Shown here: piece by piece, positions 47,735 to 55,899 of the stretch
Layout of the letters: every line of letters begins with the position of its first letter
How positions within the stretch are numbered: the stretch's first letter is position 1
NCBI GenBank assembly: GCA_027451585.1
Contig: DAIDIZ010000024.1
Location: forward strand, 1-55,957
DNA: 55,957 nt
Direction of reading: 5' to 3'
Origin: Chlamydiota bacterium
Lineage (GTDB): Bacteria; Chlamydiota; Chlamydiia; Chlamydiales; SM23-39
Made by a program: the position numbers and the translations under genes
The notes under the pieces: generated by a model
Database searches by the model: none
Seen by the model: only the letters and a program-made list of their open reading frames with translations
Told to the model about the DNA's origin: nothing

Positions 47735-49995
47735 AAAACCTCTTCTCCTACTAATTGCATTCCTTTTGGACTTTTCCAGATCTCAGGAGGGGAAAGGGAA
47801 AAGAGATCGACTCTAAGGCCGTAACGGAGCGATTCGCTCGTGATGGGGCGCCTGGACTCTTGTTCGAGAAGGACGAGGATTTCTGGGGTGACGCCCCATT
47901 TTTGTGAGCCTCGCTTTGCCAGGAGATATTCGTTCCGATAAAAAAGAGTGGTCCCTGAATCGAGAACGACTTTCCCATCTAAAAACCCATTATGGATTTC
48001 TTGTTCAATCTCCACGATCATTCCTGAATCGAGCACTTCTTCTTGAGGTCCGAACCAGTGTTTTCCAAGAGCAATGGCCCGAGAAAGGCTTCCTCGGATG
48101 ATCACTTCTTTGGCCCTTTTCGCATCCATGAGGTAGCATCCGATGGCCGCACTAGAACCAAAACGAACAGTGAGCTCTCTTGCTTCTTTTTCCATAGAGG
48201 AGGCATCCCCAGTGGAAATTTCAGTGACTTTTCCCAAAGGGCCGCCGAGAAAGGCCGGTGTGGGAGAGACGTTCAAGAGATGGCATACACTCATCGGGAT
48301 CTCGGGAAACGCTCTCCCAATTGTATCCCCATCCAGAATTGGAAGAGAGAGTCTTCCTGCCACGTAAAGGGGCGCCAACGCGTTGGCGCCGCCGATTTCA
48401 GCCGGCATAAGGACAAGAGATTGGTTGGAAAATTTCCGTTTGATCGCCTCGAGAATCGAAAGGAATTCTTTGCCACTTGCAATTCTTTCAAGCCCGATCA
48501 AAGGGGCTCCGATAAGAGCCAGAGGAACAACGAGATGGTTTTCATTGAGTTCATGGATGTCGAGAAGGGGAACAGGACCCCATGTTTCGATTTGGTGCTC
48601 CGCAATCAGAAGGTCGTAAGTGGGATCTCCCCCTCCTCCGGAACCGAGAATAGCAGCTCCTCTGGCCAGAGGGGCGAGATCATCGAGTTTTATACTCCGC
48701 GCCGCTTGAAATTGGGATTTAAACGGGTTCAAAGCGCCCAAAATCGCCGATCGAAAAGGGGGGCTGTATTTGCCAATACTGCCCCTCTTTTCAATCATCG
48801 ATTTTTGACAGCTTTCGATCCCGTTTAAATTCCCAATTTCAAGAGGCGCGGAGTATATAACAGTTGCATAAGGAATTCTCATGAATTGCATAACCAATGC
48901 GCCTAAAAAAGCATCGAGTAAAGGGAATGACAAATAGCCGAGAAGGCTCACAAAACCGGAGCCAATACCCACGCCACACGAGAGTGTATTCCAGACAAAT
49001 GAAGTCTCTTTTTGAAAAGAACTGGAGACGAGGACGGCTCCTAAACTGGCGATCATCAACCCCATGATTTCGAGGGCTAACGCAAAATGGGCAAGGATGT
49101 TTAGCGAGGCGAAAAATGTTCCGACAAGACCGATTAAGATCGTTCTTTGCCCAGAAGACAATCGAGGGAATAGGGCGAAAGAATTGACTCCTGCCGAGTA
49201 GAGGTTGGTGTTATTGGTCATCCATGTAGCGAGAAAAAGAAAAAGGGTCACCCACAAGGTCCAAAGAGGTCCTCCTCCTTGCGTGAGTAGGTCAAGAAAA
49301 GAGCCGTTGATCAGGTGACTGCCCAAATAGACGCCTACACACTCAATGAGAGGGATGGCAAGGCCAAAAAGAAGAATAACAGCCCCAATTCCTTCTCGTT
49401 TTGTCCGGGCATCTTTCCAGTAGGTGGGTAGATCGAGAGCTCCACCGATTCCCGTTGCGATCACAAGAGAAAGACCAGCTAGGGAGGCTGGCGCCCCAAA
49501 GAAGGTTGTGCGAGAGTGGGCCGTTGTGAGGGCCATCACCAATGTAGCGATAAGTAACGGGGTTATCCATTGAGAGAAGTAACTCAAGAGTTGAATCCCC
49601 CGCGCGGCAGTCATCGTCATCACGACTCCCAGTAAGAGGGTGGTCCCGATTTTGGTGAGAAAAGGAAATACAAAAACGACCGTTTCCGTGATGACGTTCA
49701 ATTGAATTGCGAACCAGCCGATCATCGAGATGAGAAAGATCAGGCTGAAAAGAACCGTTCCATAGCGACCGAATCGGTTGACCGCAAGTTCGATGGTCGA
49801 AAGTTGCGACTTCATCCCCATTTGCGCTGAAGCTATGGCATAGAACAGGAGAATCCCATTTCCACACCAGATCATTCCCAAAGCCGGAATAAGACCGTAC
49901 GTTTGGGAAAGAGTTTGTCCAATCAAGATCACGGGAAGGCAGATTGCCCCCCCGATCTGAATAGAAAGAAGTTGCCAGAGAGAGAGTTTTTTCAT
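47716..49995 (-). CDS. Fusion of a cytosine/NCS1-type permease and a DUF917 protein, with a palindromic-element linker
   Basis: About 12 TM helices with GWFAIQ and WMTNNTNLYSAG; then GAAILGSGGGGDP, EIGGAN, DGDTIGRAFPE, F/YRNEYL and PEIL. Confidence 0.88.
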   Translation of the reverse strand: MKKLSLWQLLSIQIGGAICLPVILIGQTLSQTYGLIPALGMIWCGNGILLFYAIASAQMGMKSQLSTIELAVNRFGRYGTVLFSLIFLISMIGWFAIQLNVITETVVFVFPFLTKIGTTLLLGVVMTMTAARGIQLLSYFSQWITPLLIATLVMALTTAHSRTTFFGAPASLAGLSLVIATGIGGALDLPTYWKDARTKREGIGAVILLFGLAIPLIECVGVYLGSHLINGSFLDLLTQGGGPLWTLWVTLFLFLATWMTNNTNLYSAGVNSFALFPRLSSGQRTILIGLVGTFFASLNILAHFALALEIMGLMIASLGAVLVSSSFQKETSFVWNTLSCGVGIGSGFVSLLGYLSFPLLDAFLGALVMQFMRIPYATVIYSAPLEIGNLNGIESCQKSMIEKRGSIGKYSPPFRSAILGALNPFKSQFQAARSIKLDDLAPLARGAAILGSGGGGDPTYDLLIAEHQIETWGPVPLLDIHELNENHLVVPLALIGAPLIGLERIASGKEFLSILEAIKRKFSNQSLVLMPAEIGGANALAPLYVAGRLSLPILDGDTIGRAFPEIPMSVCHLLNVSPTPAFLGGPLGKVTEISTGDASSMEKEARELTVRFGSSAAIGCYLMDAKRAKEVIIRGSLSRAIALGKHWFGPQEEVLDSGMIVEIEQEIHNGFLDGKVVLDSGTTLFYRNEYLLAKRGSQKWGVTPEILVLLEQESRRPITSESLRYGLRVDLFSLSPPEIWKSPKGMQLVGEEVLCSQWE
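48691..48857. repeat. Palindromic MITE/RPE-like element family C (167 bp), inside a CDS
   Basis: TATACTCCGCGCCGCTTGAAATTGGGATTTAAACGGG / CCCGTTTAAATTCCCAATTTCAAGAGGCGCGGAGTATA; the interior is also self-complementary. Confidence 0.9.
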
Positions 49996-50906
49996 GAGAA
50001 GTCTCCGATTTTAGCTGGATAGATGTGATCAATACAAAAAGTTATAGGATTTTCTAGGCAGCAGCCCAATTGGGGAGCCAACTGGGCCAGTTCTCCCATT
50101 TTTTTCTTTTGGGGGTCCCCTTCAGGAAAAGGGATTGGAGTGCTTTTGTGTTCTCCAGCATATTGATGATGCGCTGCTGCATTGAGAAAAACCAATAATT
50201 TTAACGACACCGCAGAGATTTTCTCTCTCAGACTTCTTTCGTCAGCAGGCTCTTTGAGAGAATAGCCTTCAATGACCATCGCAGGCAGTGTGTCTGGCAA
50301 GATCCCTTTCTCGATGATTTGAAAAGAAGAGGCTTTCCCCATTTGGTTTTGTTGATAGATAAGGATCTCTTCGCCCAGTCGTTCCGTTTCTTTGTATTCA
50401 ATCGCTTTGAGAATGATAACTCTCTGTTTTTTTAAAAGGACTTTCATCGTAAAAAAGCAGGGGATCATCTCTCGACCCGCATCAATCTTCAAAAATTCGT
50501 CTTTAACAAAAGGGGATAGCTTCCCGTTGGCTTTGTTCTGTACATAACGAACCGATTGTTGAGAGAGGAACTTTTGGGCCCCTTTTCTTAAAAGAGAGAC
50601 CTGAGAAGAGGAGATCCCCAATAAAGTAGCCCCGTATTTATCCTCGATTCGTTCTATGCACGTGTACCCATGAGGGATCTGCTGTTTAATCAGTGTGAGA
50701 AAGTACGAATAGACCACAAAGGCATGGTCTTCCTCGCTTAACGGATTTTCGATCCTTTGTGCAAGTTCGCACAGCTTAGCCGCTCGGATTTGGCATGCAT
50801 TTTCTCCGACAAGCGGATCAAATTTTTGGAGTTCTAATTGTGTGAATGCCGCCAAGGCATCAGTGATTACCTGCGGAGGCATTTTGGGGGAAATAATGGA
50901 TCCCAT
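49992..50906 (-). CDS. Hypothetical enzyme-like protein, first gene of the permease/DUF917/hydantoinase operon
   Basis: 304-aa soluble ORF with ATGA overlap to the permease; Cys/His motifs GENACQIRA, NAAAHHQYAG and GCC...IDHIY. No family recognised. Confidence 0.8.
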   Translation of the reverse strand: MGSIISPKMPPQVITDALAAFTQLELQKFDPLVGENACQIRAAKLCELAQRIENPLSEEDHAFVVYSYFLTLIKQQIPHGYTCIERIEDKYGATLLGISSSQVSLLRKGAQKFLSQQSVRYVQNKANGKLSPFVKDEFLKIDAGREMIPCFFTMKVLLKKQRVIILKAIEYKETERLGEEILIYQQNQMGKASSFQIIEKGILPDTLPAMVIEGYSLKEPADERSLREKISAVSLKLLVFLNAAAHHQYAGEHKSTPIPFPEGDPQKKKMGELAQLAPQLGCCLENPITFCIDHIYPAKIGDFS

Positions 50907-50950
50907 AAAAACCTAAGTAGTTTATTTTTATCGCTTTATATAAAAAGCGG

Positions 50951-50967
50951 AAGCAGCGCGGAGTATA
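50951..50967. repeat. Terminal remnant of palindromic element family C
   Basis: AAGCAGCGCGGAGTATA is a 16/17 match to the reverse complement of 48691..48707. Confidence 0.5.
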
Positions 50968-50969
50968 GT

Positions 50970-51007
50970 AAAAAAATCGGAGTAGAGGGGATAATTTATC
51001 TACGCCA
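50970..51007 (-). terminator. Putative attenuator terminator 2
   Basis: UGGCGUAGA pairs with UCUACUCCG (one mismatch), followed by A-U7; the 5' arm is the W-R-R codons of the uORF. Confidence 0.55.
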
Positions 51008-51079
51008 GCGGCGGCGCCGAAGAGAGGGAGAGAAGAAGAGGGTTCCTATAGGGTCTTTTGTGAAAACGATCGATTCCAT
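50996..51079 (-). CDS. Leader peptide 2: MESIVFTKDPIGTLFFSPSLRRRRWRR (27 aa)
   Basis: Hand-translated; C-terminus identical to leader peptide 1. Confidence 0.7.
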   Translation of the reverse strand: MESIVFTKDPIGTLFFSPSLRRRRWRR

Positions 51080-51131
51080 AAAAAATGAACTAGTTGTGTG
51101 TTAAACGAGAATTAACTCGGTTCGAAGTAGT

Positions 51132-51172
51132 AAAAAAATTAGAGTAGGGGGAAGTATAATTTATCTACGCCA
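51132..51172 (-). terminator. Putative attenuator terminator 1
   Basis: UGGCGUAG pairs with CUACUCUA (one mismatch), followed by A-U7. Confidence 0.55.
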
Positions 51173-51226
51173 GCGGCGGCGGCGGGAAGGGGAAAGAACA
51201 GAAGCAAAAAACAATGGCGTTTTCAT
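51161..51226 (-). CDS. Leader peptide 1: MKTPLFFASVLSPSRRRRWRR (21 aa)
   Basis: Hand-translated; ATG lies 7 nt downstream of a -10 box. Confidence 0.75.
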   Translation of the reverse strand: MKTPLFFASVLSPSRRRRWRR

Positions 51227-51233
51227 GAGACCA

Positions 51234-51262
51234 GTTATATCAAAGTTTCTCTTTTTTCACAA
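51234..51262 (-). promoter_or_regulatory. Putative sigma66/70 promoter for the leader-peptide operon (leaderless start)
   Basis: TTGTGA (51262..51257)-N17-TATAAC (51239..51234)-N7-ATG. Confidence 0.6.
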
Positions 51263-51310
51263 GTTGTGGAGAAAAGAGATCCTTTGATAACCTCCCTTGA
51301 GGTGCTACTC

Positions 51311-52072
51311 ATGTCTCATCACACTCCACTAGAAATCATTGGGCAAGCTTTGGCTCTTTTGCGAGAGGAGGGATCGATTTTAGCCTCTCCTGAGGACGCC
51401 CTTTATTTCCGGCAGACCTTCAAAAAAGCGGAAGCAAAAGAGATTGCTGTTCCTGCTGTGCGACAGACCTCTCTTCCGAAGAGGATTGAACCGACGCCGC
51501 TTCCGGCGCCTCCAAAACCTGTCGAAGAGGTGCCCCCACAAAAAGCGCCTTTCCGAAGTGAGGTGGAGAAAACCATAGAACCGGTGAATTTTCAGGCGCT
51601 TAAAATTTTATTCCAGCGCTTTTTCCCGCAGGTGGCAGTGCTCGATTTGATCCCGAACGATGCCCTTGCTAAGAGGATGGCCTACCGATGGAAGACAAAA
51701 AATCAGGTAGCACCTATTTCGATCCTCTTTTTATCCGAGCCGCCGAAGCAAAAAGAGCTCCTCTCCGAGATTGTCCGGGCGATCGATGTCTACTTTGGTC
51801 CGGCCCGTTTTGTGAATGCCGAAGCAATCGAAAAGGAAAATCAGTGGGAGACTTTCTTAGGCAGTCCCGAGCTCAAATGGGTGATCGTCTGTGATTACAC
51901 GCTATGGCAGCTCTCTTCCCTGATGCGGCACTATAAAGAAATGCCTTCTCAACAGCTGAGGTTTTTAGGGACTACTCCTCTTTTTCTTCTTCCTGATCTG
52001 TCTCTTTATTTGAAGGATCCATTACTGAAACGCTCTCTTTGGAAATCGCTATGTCTCAAACTCTCTACGTAG
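51311..52072 (+). CDS. Chlamydial hypothetical protein (CT779-like)
   Basis: GAGGTG RBS, Pro-rich linker, C-terminal YLKDPLLKRSLW; overlaps the priA start as in chlamydiae. Confidence 0.75.
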   Translation: MSHHTPLEIIGQALALLREEGSILASPEDALYFRQTFKKAEAKEIAVPAVRQTSLPKRIEPTPLPAPPKPVEEVPPQKAPFRSEVEKTIEPVNFQALKILFQRFFPQVAVLDLIPNDALAKRMAYRWKTKNQVAPISILFLSEPPKQKELLSEIVRAIDVYFGPARFVNAEAIEKENQWETFLGSPELKWVIVCDYTLWQLSSLMRHYKEMPSQQLRFLGTTPLFLLPDLSLYLKDPLLKRSLWKSLCLKLST

Positions 52073-54258
52073 GGGTCTATCTCGACCAAAGCTTGCAAAA
52101 AGCGCTTGATTACGAGGTGCCTGTTGACTTGATTTCTTTGATCAAGGTAGGGGTGCGAGTAGAAGTCCCTCTCCGGAACGGCTCGGCGAAGGGGACGGTA
52201 GCCTTCATCAAACAAGAGGCCTCTTTTCCGACGATCCGTCCCATTCTCAAAGTCCTTTCAATGGAAAGCGAATTCTCAGACAAGCAGTGGAAGCTTGCCG
52301 AATGGATGAGCCAGTATTATGCGACGTCGCTCCAAAAAGTGTTCAAGTGTTTTATCCCTCCTCATGTAAGACGAGGAGTCAAAGAAAGGGTGAGGATTTT
52401 TGTTTCCTTAGAAAAGAACCATGAAGAGACGCTCCGCTTTTGTAGCGAGTTGAGGATATCGAATCCGAAACAGGCCGATGTTCTGTCGTTTCTTCTTGAA
52501 CAGACAAAAGGTGCTTTTCTCTCGGAGATACTGGAGAAAGGGTGTTCTCGGAGCAGCATCGACTCTCTCCAAAAGAAAAAATGGATCAAGCTGCAATCGG
52601 TCACATCCGATGAAGAGCTGATCTTGGAAGAGGAGTTTTTTCCGGTCAAACCGAAGACCCTACATGAAGAGCAGAGAGCGGCGCTTCTCAAAATTGAAGA
52701 AGCACTTGATCTGGGGACTTTTTCAAGCCATCTCATTTATGGGGTAACGGGAAGTGGCAAAACCGAAATCTATCTGCGGGCGATCGAAAAAGCGCTCTCG
52801 CTGGGCAAGGGGGCTATGTTACTTGTCCCTGAAGTTGCGCTCACATCTCAAACAATTGAGCGATTTCGGTCCCGTTTTTCAGAGAAGATTGCCATTCTCC
52901 ACCACAAGAGAAGTTTAGGGGAGAGGTCGTCTGCATGGGAAGAGTTGAAAAGTGGGAAAATCCAGATTGTGATTGGCGCAAGATCGGCGGTTTTTGCTCC
53001 TATTCAAAACTTAGGTCTCATCATTGTCGATGAAGAGCATGATAGTTCCTATAAACAAACCGACGAACAGCCCTGTTATCATGGACGTGATGTGGCTGTT
53101 ATGCGGGCCTACATTGAAAAGAGCGTTGTTTTGCTTGGCAGTGCAACCCCTTCAATAGAGTCGCGCTACAACGCCGAAATGGGGAAGTACTCTCTCCATG
53201 TGTTGCGAAAAAGAGCCTCGAACGCCAAGTTGCCCAAAATTGAGATCATCGACATGAAGAGGACTTTTGAAAAACAGGGAGGTTTTACCCATTTTTCTCC
53301 CGAGCTCCTCAATGCGATCAAGGAAAGGGCGGAAAAGGGAGAGCAGACCCTTCTCTTACTCAACCGGCGCGGCTATCACCGGATGCAGATTTGCCTAGAG
53401 TGTCGCACCGTTGCCAAATGTCCCCATTGCGATCTGTCTCTTACTTATCATCGGCAAGAGAACTATCTCAAGTGTCACCTTTGTAACTACACCCGAACGG
53501 TTTTGGCCGCCTGCCCTGAGTGCAAAGTCCCCGGTTCTCTTGAATTTAAAGGGTTTGGGACTGAGCACGTAGAGCGCTCTCTAAAAGCCATTTTCCCCTC
53601 ATTGCGAACCCTTCGCATGGACAAAGACACCACATCGAAAAAGATGAGTCACGAAGAGCTCTTTCAGCAGTTTCGCTCTCATAAAGCGGATGTCTTGATT
53701 GGGACCCAGATGATCGCGAAAGGATTTCATTTCCCTTCCGTTACTTTAGTAGGCGTTCTCAATCTCGATGCCTCTCTCACTATCCCTGACTTTCGCTCCC
53801 CCGAACAGGTTTTTCAACTCTTGATCCAAGTGGCAGGGCGAGCGGGGAGAGCCGATCTTCCTGGCGAAGTGTTTCTCCAAACGTTCCTCCCTGATCATCC
53901 GGTGATCCAAATGGCAGCCAAGCAAGATTACGATCCCTTTTATGAGTCGACCCTCGAAGAGAGGCGTCTTTTTCAATATCCCCCCTTTTGCCATTTCATC
54001 AAATGTGAGTTTTCTTCTCTTGACCCGAAGATTGCAGAAGCCCAAGCAACGACGCTTTTTAGCCATCTTTGCTCTCAGCTCCCCTCGACAATCGAATTAT
54101 TCCCCGTAGCGCCTTCCGGTCACCCCAAAATCAAAGATCTCTACCGGTTTCAGTTTCTCATCAAGACACCGAAAATCAGTCTGGTTACCCCTTACCTCAG
54201 GGTTCTTAATATCCCTTCGTTGAAGATTGATGTGGATCCCCTCTCCACTTTTTTCTGA
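52051..54258 (+). CDS. priA: Primosomal protein N' (PriA helicase)
   Basis: GVTGSGKTEIY, DEEHD.SYKQ, NRRGY, four CxxC and QVAGRAGR. Confidence 0.97.
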   Translation: MSQTLYVGVYLDQSLQKALDYEVPVDLISLIKVGVRVEVPLRNGSAKGTVAFIKQEASFPTIRPILKVLSMESEFSDKQWKLAEWMSQYYATSLQKVFKCFIPPHVRRGVKERVRIFVSLEKNHEETLRFCSELRISNPKQADVLSFLLEQTKGAFLSEILEKGCSRSSIDSLQKKKWIKLQSVTSDEELILEEEFFPVKPKTLHEEQRAALLKIEEALDLGTFSSHLIYGVTGSGKTEIYLRAIEKALSLGKGAMLLVPEVALTSQTIERFRSRFSEKIAILHHKRSLGERSSAWEELKSGKIQIVIGARSAVFAPIQNLGLIIVDEEHDSSYKQTDEQPCYHGRDVAVMRAYIEKSVVLLGSATPSIESRYNAEMGKYSLHVLRKRASNAKLPKIEIIDMKRTFEKQGGFTHFSPELLNAIKERAEKGEQTLLLLNRRGYHRMQICLECRTVAKCPHCDLSLTYHRQENYLKCHLCNYTRTVLAACPECKVPGSLEFKGFGTEHVERSLKAIFPSLRTLRMDKDTTSKKMSHEELFQQFRSHKADVLIGTQMIAKGFHFPSVTLVGVLNLDASLTIPDFRSPEQVFQLLIQVAGRAGRADLPGEVFLQTFLPDHPVIQMAAKQDYDPFYESTLEERRLFQYPPFCHFIKCEFSSLDPKIAEAQATTLFSHLCSQLPSTIELFPVAPSGHPKIKDLYRFQFLIKTPKISLVTPYLRVLNIPSLKIDVDPLSTFF

Positions 54259-54302
54259 AGATTAGGTATATGACGAGAAAAAAGAGAAAAGGCCCTTTAT
54301 AT

Positions 54303-55625
54303 ATGAACGGCATCACCCGCAACCAATTTCGGACATGGCTTCTGGCTGCCTCAGGGATAGGACTTAGCGGATATGACCTTTTCATCGTGAGCGCTGCCCT
54401 TTCGCTCATCCAGGCCGATTTCCATATCTCTTCCCCTTGGATGGTAGGGCTTTTTGCTGGAGCTGCCGTCTTAGGCGCCGTTCCAGGCGCTTTTATCTCA
54501 GGTCTTTTGGCCGACCGGTTTGGTCGTCGTAAAATCATGTACATCGATATTGCAATGCTAGGGATGACCTCGATTCTCTGCTCAATTGCTTGGAATCCGG
54601 TGTCGCTTCTTTTTTTTCGTTTTTTTCAAGGGGTGGTGATTGGCGCAGAGTACCCGATCAGCGCCACGCTGATTGCTGAAGTGATGCCTAAATTAAGTCG
54701 AGGCAAATGGGTAACCGGAGCATTTAGTTTCCAAGCTGTCGGAATGATCGTCGCCGCAATCATCTCCACATTGATTCTTTTCGTTTTTCAAGAGAAAAGT
54801 GCCTGGCGCTATATGATGCTTTCGTGCGCAGTTCCCTCCATTATCCTCGCTATTTTCCGTCGCAATATCCGAGAAAGCCCTAGGTGGTTACTGAGACAAG
54901 GAAGAAAGAAAGAGGCCCAAGAAGTATTGACCTATTTGCTCGGGAAAGAGGCAACCCTTCAAGATATCCAAGGAACTCAAGAAGTCCTCTCATTCAAAGA
55001 CCTATTTCGCTCGTATAAAGTAGAGACTCTTTTAACCGCAGTGCCCTGGTTCCTCATGGATATTGGCCTTTACGGGATCGGTCTGTTTACCCCCGCTATT
55101 CTCGTTCAATCCCTTTTGCCGAAAGTCCCTTTTGGAGCCGATCAATTCCTTGCCTCGAATTTTAGGGCTGATGCGAGTGCTTCATTTGCCGATCTTTTTC
55201 TTATCCTTGGATTTTTACTCAATATTTTGTGGGTGGAAAAGTGGGGAAGGATTCGCCTTCAGGTGATCGGTTTTATGGGAATGGCGATCGGCACCTCTTG
55301 CGTGGCCCTTTTTGCTCTTCACGCAATGAGTCAGTGGATGCTCATCGGATTTGTCTTTTTTAACCTGATGGTGAATCTAGGTCCCAACGCAACCACTTAT
55401 CTTCTTCCTGTAGAAGTATTTCCTACTCGATTGAGAAGTACCGGTCACGGGTTTGCTGCTTCATGCGGCAAATTAGGAGCGACTCTGGGTGTCTTCTTTT
55501 TACCCGTGGCCGCCCACACCTTTGGTCTTGCCCGGACCATGATTGTGATGGGGATTTTGTCGACGGTGGGGGCGATTGTGACTCTTCTCTGCCGCATCGA
55601 AACAAAGGGGACTGCCCTCAAATAA
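54303..55625 (+). CDS. MFS transporter (sugar-porter / PHS-like)
   Basis: GYDLFI, ADRFGRRK, GAEYPISA, ESPRWL and GPNATTY..P.E.FPTRLR.TGHG. Confidence 0.92.
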   Translation: MNGITRNQFRTWLLAASGIGLSGYDLFIVSAALSLIQADFHISSPWMVGLFAGAAVLGAVPGAFISGLLADRFGRRKIMYIDIAMLGMTSILCSIAWNPVSLLFFRFFQGVVIGAEYPISATLIAEVMPKLSRGKWVTGAFSFQAVGMIVAAIISTLILFVFQEKSAWRYMMLSCAVPSIILAIFRRNIRESPRWLLRQGRKKEAQEVLTYLLGKEATLQDIQGTQEVLSFKDLFRSYKVETLLTAVPWFLMDIGLYGIGLFTPAILVQSLLPKVPFGADQFLASNFRADASASFADLFLILGFLLNILWVEKWGRIRLQVIGFMGMAIGTSCVALFALHAMSQWMLIGFVFFNLMVNLGPNATTYLLPVEVFPTRLRSTGHGFAASCGKLGATLGVFFLPVAAHTFGLARTMIVMGILSTVGAIVTLLCRIETKGTALK

Positions 55626-55899
55626 TACCATTTGATTCTTTGAGTGGACGTATTAAAGAAGGAGCCGCAGGAGTCCAACGATTTATGTAACTTGCTCCAC
55701 CGCGGTGAGGCGAAGTTCCCTCAAAATAATCAGAAGGGGTCTCGTAATGGGAAGGAACACACGCAAAAGAGGTTCCTAAGAGGCCCTCGTCGCCTGGTTT
55801 TATGTGGGCCCATGTCGAACATCGATAGAGTCCATGTTTTCCTCCATCCACTGGAAAAACGGACTTGAGATAGACAGTTGCGGGATCTGGATAGATCTC
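55618..55899 (-). pseudogene. Possible 3' remnant of a gene truncated by the IS end
   Basis: Frame is open from the IS junction to the stop at 55618, which overlaps the MFS stop. No family recognised. Confidence 0.3.

Noticed and set aside
50838-51104. 88-aa plus-strand ORF containing LRQRRRRR
   Set aside because: Antisense shadow of the CGC-rich leader. It overlaps a minus-strand CDS, while the minus-strand uORFs have a promoter and matching stops.
50960-51200. Direct repeat as a mini CRISPR array
   Set aside because: Only two imperfect copies about 165 bp apart and no cas genes; better explained as duplicated leader units.
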